A DNA stretch of 64,000 bases, from NCBI GenBank assembly GCA_964188305.1, contig OZ076887.1; one strand, written 5' to 3'. Below are positions 50,242 through 62,500 of the stretch, in pieces (the stretch's first letter is position 1; each line of letters starts with the position of its first letter). The position numbers were made by a program, and so were the translations under genes. The notes under the pieces are model-generated. The model ran no database searches. It saw only the letters and a program-made list of their open reading frames with translations, and was not told where the DNA came from. The DNA is from Podarcis bocagei (lineage: Eukaryota).

Positions 50242-53200
50242 GTGAGAAGTTTCTGTTATTGAAGGTGGGGCAGCCAAAGTTGGAGAGATGTTTACTTGAG
50301 CTCGGTTGCTTTGTTTAAGATCATGCAGTTCAGTGATCCTATAAAGTGAATGACACAGAGCTGTTTATGCTTCTGCTCTTAAGAGCAATGAAGGGAGAAT
50401 GGGGGAACCAGTATTTCACCAGCACCAAATATTCAGACAAAGCAGTGGATCCCAGTTCCAGGCTGATTGATTAAATTACTCTCATTCAGCATTTGAATTC
50501 CCAGTTCTACAAAAGGCATCATAGCAAGGGGTAGACCTGTTAGCCTCTTGCATAAAAGCAACAAGAAACATTGTGGCATCTTCAAAGACTAACAAACACT
50601 TTTGCTACAAGCACGAGCACTTTCCTAAGCCAACACTGAAATACTCTCTGTAAAAACCTCTTAGGTATTAGAGGATTGGATTTGAATTTATTATTTGAAA
50701 ACAGAAAGACGTCAAATGGAATGCTGTCCACTTCTTCCAACTCTTAAGTTCTCCCATCTTTTGTTTTCATCCTTGATAATCAAGGAAATAGCATGGCTAA
50801 GCTGGTTTGCTAAATACAGTAACAGAAATCCAAGTTTGGAATGTCCCAACTACTCTCACAAACTGGCATATATAACAACTTTTTTCCTCACATGAGGTTT
50901 GGACTGCAAAAACGAATGGGGGGGGGATTAATAGTTTTTGCGGTCATTTGTTCAGCTCTATCTAGTATGCTAATTTTAAATGAGAGAATATTCCTACATG
51001 GAAGTTTGTCTCTCTTGTGTTTTATCTGTTGCTTTAAATTCTGTGCATTTGGACTCTTCAGGTATTTAACTTCTTCTGACACAATTCAGACTCTGTTATT
51101 ATCACATCTTTCTTAAGGTTTTGAAATGTCACCACTTGGCAAGGTCTCCCTGGAGGCTCTGAGGACCTTGGCGTTTTCAGAGAACCCTGGCTTGCAAAAG
51201 TCTGCTGCTCTCTATTACTTGAACATAAATCATCAAAACTGTAAGACCCATTCCATACTCTTTTTTTTTTTAATTTGTAGAAACCTGGAGAAGCAAAACA
51301 ATTTCTCCCAAACATAGCTGAGTTGTGCCCAAGGCAGTCTTATTGGTTCCCTAGAATGTGTGAATTGGGTCTAGCCCCTTCTAATGCAAGTTCTGTGAAT
51401 ATTTACTTGGAGCTCAGATAATGTGGCAGTAACTTTTGTTACTAGTCTCCCATTTTATTATTTTATAGAGGTGGGCGAGTGCTAGCTGGCTTTTTACTCA
51501 TATGAGAGGTTGGCAGAAGAGGGGCTAGTAAAAATAAGTAATACAGGTTTAGTTTTCATGTGAGTTTGCACAGACAGCTGAAAGGAGGGCTACAAGGTAT
51601 TTTGAAAAGCAAAGCAGGCCATCTAGGTGTTGCTCTAAAAGCATCAACTGTTTGAAGATGTAAGGGACAAGTGTTCCAGAAGAGCTTTTTACAATCAGCA
51701 TTTCATCTCATTCTTGCAGTGAACATCCAGCTGCCTCGAGAGCATCTGGAAATATACTATGCTTTGTTGAAGTCTAATGACTTGGAGGTTCAGCAGATTT
51801 CATCGTCATCCCTTGTGAATTTCTTACTGGAAGGAAATGGTGAGTAAATGCCCAAGATACCATAGCCTTAAGTCTCCATCAGCATCTGCTGTGATCTTAG
51901 GAACTACCACTGTCTAGTTGCCCTGGTATTTTATTTGAAGGGCAAGATATAAATTCCCAAACTAAAAAGTGATAATCAGTAGGATGGATGTTTGCCCTGA
52001 TAAAATGTGTGGGTTTTTTTTGGGGGGGGGGAGCATTCATTCAGAGGATAGGTTTTGCTTACTTCTCGTACCAAAAGGGTGAGAAATCATTTATTCTGGT
52101 GTAAGATGTACTGATATTGTGTGCTGATGGCAATCCTTTTCTCTCTCCAGTATATAGCTGAATTAAAGGCACTTTAAAAATAACATTTACTCCTGCCTTT
52201 ACTGACAAACAGTAACCAAGGATCATGTCGTCCAAATGGATCTAATTGAGCCAATTCTGGAACTGCTTGAGTCTGAAGATGCCACCGTCCAGTGTAATTC
52301 CTGTGCCTGCATAATGACACTAGCTGTCACAGGTGAGGAGCGTGCCCAAAGCATAGCGCAATAATCAGGTCCAGGGACAACGTCACATCCACACCTTGTG
52401 ATTGGGAGGTAATGATGTGCCTTATCGTTATATAAATTCTGAATCAAGAAGAGCTGAATTCTGCGAGCAGAGTGGATTATTCACACTGGTATGCTATAAC
52501 TAGTCGTGGCCAGTGTAGTGGGGCAGAGCTTGTGGAGGCACACTTCTGACACCAGTTTGACTGCAGTTTACCTGGATGGCTCTGGGTGGTGACACGCTTG
52601 GTGCTTCACAGACGCACAAGTGGAGCCAATGCAGTCCTCCAGGATTGCCTAAGAACTGCCTAGTCACTGGCCCCATACTGTGCAATAAATATAAAGTTGG
52701 CCTTGGAGTCCTGGGTTCAAATCTTAATAAATGATGAAGTGTACTTTCTAAAGTCAGGTGACCCATAGCAATAAGCTTCTTCACAAAAACCTGATGGTAA
52801 ACTCTTAACATTATTCATTCTGCCACTAGGCACCCAGGACCCCCAACTCATATGCTGCAACTGTTTTGTGCTGTCCACTCTCTGTTCTTCAAAGTGTGCC
52901 TGGAGGAACATGGATACTTCTTCCTCCAAAGACACCTCGTTGATTTCTATTTTGCCCTGTTGTTTTGCCAGATGTCAGCCATGAAGCCATCGCAACAGCA
53001 GGAGGAGTGGTACCCTTACTGGCCCTTTCTAAATCCTACGATCCAAGAGTCCAACAAAATGCAGTTGGAGCAATTTTCAACCTCACACAATCAGGTATTA
53101 GGCTGCAGAGGATTTATTTCAATGGGCCAAGTGCATTGACACAGAAATTTGTGGCAAGGGAAACTTATCGTCAAAGCTATTGTTTTCTTTAAAATGAAAT

Positions 53201-56200
53201 GTTTTACTTCAAGTACAATGCTAAATCATGTCTACTCAGCGGGAAAGCCAATTGATTCCAATTGGGCTTATTCCCAAATGCTATTTTTAGCTCTTAACTA
53301 TGCAGTGATGATAAAGAGCATGTTCATTTGGTCAAAATAGCTCATTAGCAATACCACTCTTCCCTTGCAGAATGGATTCAGCAAATTTTGTTTCGACAAG
53401 GTGCTCTTCCAGTCCTCACCCTTTTGTTACAGTCTCCCGACTCGGAAGTACAGGTAAACTTGACATTAAAACAGTTTTTGAGCATTCAAAGCTGTGGAAA
53501 TAGTCAGCTGCTCAACTGAACCTACAGACACAGGAAAAGATAGACGAGACAGTAGTCTTTTAACATTTTAACTTCCAGAAATTAGTAATTCAATGGTGAT
53601 GCACATACTTTTACTTGGAGGGGGGGTACTACATAGGGTTGTGCACCTTGGAAATGAACTGCTAACCTCTTTAGTGAAATGAAGAAACAGGTCATTGCAG
53701 CTTGAAGAAAGGTGCTCGTTTCATAGTTCAGATTTGTTGTAGGGTTAAAGAAAATAGCCAGGGGGTATTCCAGTTCCTCAGTTCTGTTCTCAACTTTTGT
53801 TTGGAAATAGCTATTAATAGGCTCTAACCTGTTTGAGATTCAAGAACTGAACAAATACTTCTTTCTCATCTTCAAATAGAGAAATGCAAACATGTAAATA
53901 CATGACTGGAGTGTAGATTTTTATTCTATTCTTACTATTACTCCTTACTATTACTATTACTATTACTCCTGAGAATTTTAAACAGCCTCATGAAGAGCAT
54001 TTTATGAATGCAAGGAGTGCCATTTGCCTAGCAGAAGGGGACAAAATAGTGTGTGAATGATTTGTTAAGAAAAGGGATCTGGTCATCTCACCGTTGCAGT
54101 ATTCTCCCCCTTTGTTGACTCTTAGACATCCAGACTCTCTACACAATGATAATTTTCTAATCATATAGGCAAATAGAGTATTTCATAGACCCATAGAATT
54201 GTAAAGTTGGAAGGGAATCCAAGGGTCATTTCAATACATGCTGGTTGACACAGTTGGCAGGGTCTAGTGCAGGACCAGCACATTCTGTGTGGACTGTAGC
54301 GATCACAGTTGTGTCTCGTTGGACAAATATTCTTTTTTTCCTGGGACATTCCCAAAACTCCTGGAGGTGTACTACAGTGCCAATCCAGAAAATGCAGGGA
54401 GATGCTGTATGCAAATACTCTTCTCAATTTGATCACCCTAGGAACGCCATCATCAGTCATGGTCCCTTTCATTTGCTGTGAGGTCTTGACCACAGTTTAA
54501 GAACCCTTGGCCACAAGCTTTCCTTTCTCTAAATCACAACACTTCTCCTTCTTACAGTATTATAGCTGTGCAGCTCTGAGCAACATGGCCACAAACTCGC
54601 AGCACCATAAAGCCATGCTCCAAACCGGTGATAGGTTTCTTCTGCGGATGCTCCTTTTCCTTCTGTATTCATCTGTAGACAAGGTAAAGCTGTCGATTAT
54701 GCAGGTTTGTTTTACTAACAGCCTCCCTGGTTTATTCAGAAATATTATATTGATACCAGTGGGATGTATTTCCAAGTAAGGTACTGTATGCTTAGGACTG
54801 CAGGCTAAATATCTTGTGTTCAGGGAAATGACTGAAAAGATGCTTTCTTCAGCATGGGGGCGCAAGAATACACAAAGGCTGGAGTTAGCTAGATGTGGCA
54901 TCTTCCATGAATTTCTAAGAGATCAATCTCAGAATCTCCTACAGTCAGAGGGGATTCCATGTTTAAATAATGGTGAGATCTCTTGGTTCAATATTTTCAT
55001 TCTCACAGTGATGGCCTGGGAATATAGGGATGGGGTTTTTCCTAATCTCTGCCTGGGGAAGATTGTGAGGTAGTGTGGGGAGTAAAATTTCACAATTACA
55101 GATCTTCCCAAACAAATGCAAAATTAACTGGATTGTTCACTAAGGCTGCATACACACCATGGATTTAAAGCACGTGACTTCCCTCAGAGTATCCGGAGCA
55201 CTGTAGTTTACCCCTCACAGAGCTTCAATTTGTAGCACTGTTAAACTACAGTTCCATTATTCTTTTCTTTTTTTGGGGGGGTTGTCATGTGTTTTAAGTA
55301 TGTTTTACATGTATGGTGTGTATGCACCTTAAGTCAAGAGCAATTTGTTCTTCTGAAAGGCTACACATCCTTGTACTATTAGGCACCCATAAGTAGCGCT
55401 TTTTTGAGTATCTCTCAGATATCTATGGCGCACTCTCACAGTTGGCTTTAAAGGCTTAGTTTTGCCTCATGTTGCCACAGAGGACATGCTTACATTTCAA
55501 CTTTACCCATCATTGACACATAATCCTGTCAGAACATTTTGGAGGTTTAGCAAGTATTGCACGAAGCTATTTGTAGACTAGTCAGTTTTGCGGCCGTTTC
55601 ACAGCCAAAAGTTGTTTCTCTGTTGGGTTCTGATTTCTTTGTTTTCTGCAACTAGGTTTCCAACCAGGCTTGTGTCTGTCTCAGGAATTTAGCCGCAAGT
55701 GGTAAGTATTACAGTCCTAGCATGCTAATAAACGAAAATTTGCAGTCACTTAAAACATACAAAAATAGAACCCCCTCCTTCCTGTGTTTTGTACAGTCTA
55801 GCCTCTGGAAGGAATGTCCTCAAGTCACTCTTTGTTCTTTTAAGTAAGATGAATACCATGTTTTGGTTTCAGGCACGTGGATGGTGTGACTTTTTTTTTT
55901 TTTTTTGAAAGTTAATAAACCCTTCAGTTACCAGAGGCTGTGAGAGTGACAGTACTGTTGTTCTAAAGTATACCAACAAACACGGATTCAGTTTTTTAGA
56001 GAAGGTGACTGCAAACCAATCCAGCATTCAGACTGATGTAAAGATTAGTAAAGCTTGATTGACCAATACCTTACAATGCTCAAGGCACATTTCTGCCACA
56101 GATGTTCAGGGCGGGGGAGAGATCATGTGGAAGTTTTACACCATCTATAAAAGGAGAAAAGAGACTGAAGAAGGAGTTGGTGAAAAATATCCCTGGTCAC

Positions 56201-56523
56201 TGACATTTTTGCTCATGTGCTTGTAATGAAAGATCTCTCTCTGTGTTTTAAACTCACAAGCAAGATCATTAATATAGATTATAACTACAAATCCATACAC
56301 TTCCTTTTACCATTCTTAAACTGTCAATTCTGTGAGGAAAAAGTAGACAAGAGTATGGATACACACACACACACACAGCTTTTTCTGGGGGGTCGCAGGG
56401 GGACGCATACCCCTAAACATTTTGTGAATCTAAGTTTGGCCTCATTGAGGGGCAGTATTTCAATAGTATTCTTATGAATAGGAAAATGAGAGTACCCCTA
56501 TACATTCCCCCCCGAAAAACGCA

Positions 56524-56555
<32 letters not shown>

Positions 56556-59500
56556 TCTAATCCAGTGGTTATCTAATCCAGAGGCTGCAGTCAACCACTT
56601 GCACCTAGCAGCTGATTTTGAACAACCACAATCCCAACCAAATTTACAGAAACACAACTCTCTGTACCCTTTCTCTCAATTTCAGTCCCCTGATTCTGAA
56701 GAGAATTCTTTCCAGCAGTGCCTTTCTACAAACATTTTGCATTGCTCAAACATCCTATTGGTCTATCTTTCCCCCTTTCTTTTATGCCATTGGCCAGAAC
56801 ACCGATCCAACCCTCTTGTGCAGTTTGGTCTTCATCTTCTTTTGACTTTTCATTAAAATGAGAAGTTTAACTTCTATACTATCATAACATAAGATTGCCT
56901 GATCTGTGAAGTCCAGCTGACTTGATTGAGTCAGTCTAGAGGAGGCCCCTTTTTCTCACAAATCCTTTTCTCCAAAGCAGCTTCTATTGATCTGCACACA
57001 TGACCTTGAGCAACCTTCTCATTTTCCAAACAGAGAGTGGTCAGACCAGCATCATTGCTTTGCAGATCCCGTCCCACCTGCTCCCTCTCCTGGCATCTAA
57101 CAAGAAAGACACTCAGCACAATTCCATCATTCTTCTCCGGATTTTATCCCAGCACCCAGACAACCAGGTACACGTTTCTGTTTTATACTACCCTTTGCCT
57201 TGTAAGCTTTAGTCAAATGTGCATGGCCGTAATATTCCGAGGCAGCTCAACCTTGAAAGATGACAGTGGACAAAAGTTTCATCAAAGGTAACACATTTAA
57301 AATGACAGTTTGACACGGCCAGGTGATCAGTAGACAATAATTCAAAATTCATTCTGAAAAGGCTTCAGCATGCATTTGAAAGTGTGGGATGATGTGGAAA
57401 GGGAGCGCTGGGAACAAATTCTGATTATAATCATATTGGGATCTAATCTGTCTTCTCAAGATTCATATTCTGTAGCAAATATCCATTTGTGGTTGTGATG
57501 GATGGTATAGCTCCTTTGGCATTGGAGAAAATGTTCTGTGACAGAGGAAACCTGAACAATTAATCCTCAGTAGAGATGTTTATATTGTCTTCTGTTGGGT
57601 CAGCTTTTCATCTTGGTTTGCTCAGACTACTTGTTTCAATGCCCTCCAGCCTGGGGTTGTTTTTTTAAAGACCTTTTCAAGGATTCCCATTCTGCTCTGA
57701 CCTGAATTCCAAGTGAAGTAGAAAAGGAGCTCTCCATGGGAACCCCAGCAGGAAAACAAACTGTGGGACAAAGCTAACATTTCCAACCAAGATGAACTAA
57801 TGTTTCAGTGGTTACCAACACTACACTGTGTTCCTAGGGAAGAAGAAATCATTTGTTCTTTGGTGACTTTGGGTTTGGTTGACTTCATAGCACCTTCATT
57901 CCTTAACAAACGGAAAAGCCCCACATCTTCATAATATAAACTTGCCTGCAAAAATGCATTCGGATGTGGGAGTGACATACGAGTCTCAATATGGTGGGAC
58001 ACAGGCATCAATAAAACGAATGGAGGTTGTAACACGGGAGGTTTGTGGTGGAACAGGAAAGTCAAATCCTGCATGCGCCATTGGATGGACACACACATTT
58101 CAGTATCATCTGATGTGGTTTGGAGGTAGTGGAGGCTCGATTTCTCCGCATTGCTGCCGTGAGTTGAGACTGAAACACGAAGAGACAATTTGTGGAGCTT
58201 TTCATAGTTCTTCATAATTGTAGCTCCCAAATTGCAATACACTTGTTTCAGTTCATCCTAAATGTAAAGAGTTTTAAAAACTTAAAGCATATCTCTTTGA
58301 TTCCTTAGTAATTCATTCACTCTACTCTTTTTGGTGCCTGCTTTAAAAAAAAAAAAAAGCATGTTTGTTTCCAAAGGCCTGTCTGGACATGCAGAATATT
58401 GGCATGTGTTTTCTGGTTTTAGTTTATTGCTGATTTTTAATTTTTTTAATGTTTTAAATACTAGTTTTAATTGGTGTTTTTTTTTACTGATAATTTTATT
58501 GTTTTTATTCTTTTTTTACCCGCTTTGAGCTTTTTATTAACAATCAAGTGATGTATATCTATATCTCAATCACCCATCTCTAGTCCCATTCACAGTGGTA
58601 TGGTAGAACCATGTCTCTTCTGCTGCCTTCATTTCAGCTACTCACTGGCTACCTTTCCCTTTGCAGGATGCACTGATGTGTGATGAAGTGCTGCAGGCGG
58701 TAGGGAACCTGCTGCTCGCCTGGAAAATGGACCCCGTGATTGTAGGTCACGCTGCCTGCTTTATTAAAAATCTCAGCCTTTCCAGAAGCATAGAGGTGAG
58801 TGCCAAGTCTCCCTTTCAGGATTACACATTGTTCTGAAGGCTTCACTTCACTGTTTCTCTTACTAAGTGATATTAAAAGGAGGTTACCAGATTTCCCCCC
58901 CAATGAATCTGGGGACACTTTTCAACTTCAATGAATTTTGTATGGGGACTGATTTGTAAATCTGGGGACTGTCTGGTAACAGGGACATCTGGTAACCTTA
59001 TAATTAAAATGAAACATCGTCTTTGCTTCATTCAAGGGAGTAAATGACCACGTGTTTCAAAAAGTACACAAGAAAAATCTTACTAACAAATAAAAAGCAA
59101 GTTGTGACTTTTACGCCTTCACTGTAGGCTTTTTGGAAATTTGGCTTTGTTGGTATACATGCTTTTTCAACTAGGTTGTTCCTCCTCCTCCTCCTCCTCC
59201 TCCTCCTCCTCCTTCATTAAATTTGTGTACTGTTCTCCATTTGAAGACCATAGGGCAGTTCACAACATAAAAATACAAAATGAGAACACAAAATGCATAA
59301 TAAAACAAAACCAAAAACCAACCAATAACGCCCCTTCCCACAAACCCATTTAAAAGGCCATAGAATTCTCAACCAACCAAAGGCCTGGTTATAGAGAAAC
59401 ATTTTTGCCTGGCACCTAAGGATATATAATGAAGGCACCAGGCAAGCCTCCCTGGGGAGAGCATTCCACAAACAGGGAGCCACTGCAGAAAAGGCCCATT

Positions 59501-62500
59501 CTCATGTTGCCATCCTCCAGACCTCTCATGGAGGAGGCACACAAAGAAGGGCCTTCGATGATAATTGCTCAAGAAAGTGGAAACCCACTGTGTATGGATA
59601 AATGTTTGCAGGAAATATGCCATATATTCTTGGCTCCTCATACCATCTCCCAGATTGCCTTGTTGACGGAAGTCCAGCCGTCATTAAATGGTGCTCAGCA
59701 TAAAATAAAGACACAGTGAGCCAGCTATATTTTCAGGAAGGTAAGAGCAGCTCCTTCGTCCACTCTCCTCCGATTTTATTCTCCCCTCTCGCATGGCCGT
59801 TTGCCAATGTCTCACGTTACCTCATCCGGTCATGGCTTTTACCCACCCATCGCCATATAAGGTAATTACTGCCCAGAGGGGGAACATAACTCCATATAAG
59901 GTTATGCACTTAATACACTGCAAGGCACGGACATGCAGGTCACCGAGGTCAGCGAGGCACCAGGTGGCGCTACAAGCCTTTGCCATGACTTCATGGCTCC
60001 CACACCTTGTTATCACACACTTGATGGTTTCTTGTGAAATGAAGGCTACTGTAACACATATCATTGCAGACTTACTCTGTATTCATTAATTTCAAGCACA
60101 TCCGTGTAATTTGAACACTCCTGGTGGGACAGTCTCAGGGCGTCATGATGCATAACTAGAGCATTTAATAGAACATGCATTTGCATAGATTAAATCCCCA
60201 CAGGTGCCTTTGTTGCACACATTTCTGGGCTTAACAGCTGAATAGGCACAGCCCTGAAGGCCCAAGGCAAACTAAGAGCTTGGCATCTATAATTGCGGGG
60301 GGGGGGGGGGCGGCACCACAATTTTCAGAATGAATGTAATAACATTATCTACTTTTGTTATTTGCAGAGAGTCATAGAAAGTCCGTGCATTGAAGGACTT
60401 TTTCAAGCTGTCCAGAGTGTAGACTTTCTAGAAGAGGAATCTCTTCACTGTGTAATGTCTTGTCTTGTTGACCTGATGAAACATGGTAAGGGGGCATTCA
60501 GTGCTGAGTGGATGGGTTGAGAGCACACACATTTTGTACTCATTAATTTCCGTTGCTGCTGCCAACTTTACAGCACAGTGTTATGCATGTCTGCTCAGAA
60601 GGAAGTGCTGTAGCCTTTACCTATGCAAAAGTCAGTGTGCATAGGGTTGCAGCAGCCTTACAATTTTGGGACACAGAGGGAACCAAAGGGCAGTCGTAAA
60701 AATCAACAGATTCCCACAGTCAGTTCTACATTATCCACTGGCTGCATAGCTACCAGAGCTGCTAATAGGAGTGAAACACCGCAGACAAGTGAATTTAATC
60801 CCAACTTAAAGAGTTGTATCAGTAACGTAGTGTTGACATTGCTAGTAATTTCTCTAGTGCTTCTAGACCAGCGGAGGCAAACATGGTGCCCTCTAGGTGT
60901 TTACTAGCTGAATGTATGGAAAGGGAGGTAGCAGAGCAGCAGGGCATCTAATTTCCCATTGGTGAAACCCTCCCTAAGGAATCTTCCCACCTATATCTGC
61001 TTCTGAACATTTTGACCCACCCCACCTTAGTCTTCTGAAATCCATTTTACTGGCCTCCCAAGCTCTGCTAGTGTCTTTTCAGCCTTGGCCCTAGGCCTGT
61101 TCATTTGTCTTCTTTTATTTCAACTGTGCTGATTTAGTCTTTTACTCTGCTCTTCTACCACCAGAGGGAGCCACAGTGTGCATGCTGGAATCGGTGGAGG
61201 ACTCAGTGGTATGCAGTCTGGCGACACTGGCTGGCCAAGTGGAACAAGCAGAGCTTTCGTTCCACGCTGCCCTTGTGATCAAACACCTCCTACAGCACAG
61301 TACGTATCAATGTAAAAGATCTGATGTTTGCATTTCCAAAATGCCTGATATCACTCAGGTGACAACAACAGAAGTCCCATGGGCCCAAACAGGTTGAATA
61401 GCAGGGGAGAGCACTGTACCAGTCAGCTTTGACAAAGCTTTTATTTATTTTCCAATCCTGCTAATTCTAGGATAGTTTTCAGAGAGTTCCCTGGGCTACA
61501 ATAGGACTCCCTAAGATGTTTTTCCCCCTCTGGACTAAGTGGCAGCTGCATCTATCAGTTGTCCCACACCAGCAGACTCCTTTGGGGGTAAAGAATACAT
61601 GTTGAGTTCATGGCAGGAGCTTGTGTTTTGCGTGTGTACATCCTTTTCTCAGGATTACATTTCCCTGTTGAAGACTGCACAAAGCCGCTAAAATATTTGT
61701 GCGTCACTGCGCACCATATGAAGTGATGCTTAATTTGAGTAACCAATGATAACATAAACATGATGTTTCTGTTGAATGCACAATATAACATTTAAAAATA
61801 ACAGCTGTCATAAGTGTCAGATTCAGAATAATCACAGTGAGTGTATATTATTATTATTATTATTATAGCAGCCAAAATCATCAAGAAATCTTATCATTCC
61901 GATTTACAAACTTCAACTTTATGAACCAAACCTGAAGTTTAAGGCTCTATTCTCCATGCCATACTGGCATTCATGACTGGTATATATGAATTCTGAATAT
62001 TATTAATTAGCTTTATAAAATCTTTATTAAGGTCTCAAGGCAAATTACATAGTAAATAAATATAAAAAACACAATAAAAATGATCACACTAAATATCTGC
62101 CCAAGCATACATTTTCCACCATAAAATTATCATAAGCATTATCAAATTATGAATACCAATGTATAATTTGTCATTCACCCAACAACTTAGTAACAAGAAA
62201 ACCAAGTAGTGCATCAGCAATGTAATGGGGTATCAACATTTTACAGTGTGTGTTTACACAGAAGAAATCCTACTTTGTTCAGTGACTTACTCCCAGGTTA
62301 AGTGTGTAAAATGTTGCCTCGTGCATTCAGTTTTGTAATTATTCCTGTCTCCAAATTAATTGCACAGAAGAGGTGGTGTCTTTGTTGAAATCTCATATGA
62401 GCAAGGTGCAGCAATACCTCATCAAGTATCTTATTCACCAAGAGAATCGCTTTCAGCATCTGGGCATATCCACTCTCTGCATATTACAGAAAGGTATGGA

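Noticed and set aside
57805-58242. 145-aa antisense ORF in a Vac8-like intron
   Set aside because: No recognisable domain or supporting exon structure; compatible with chance.
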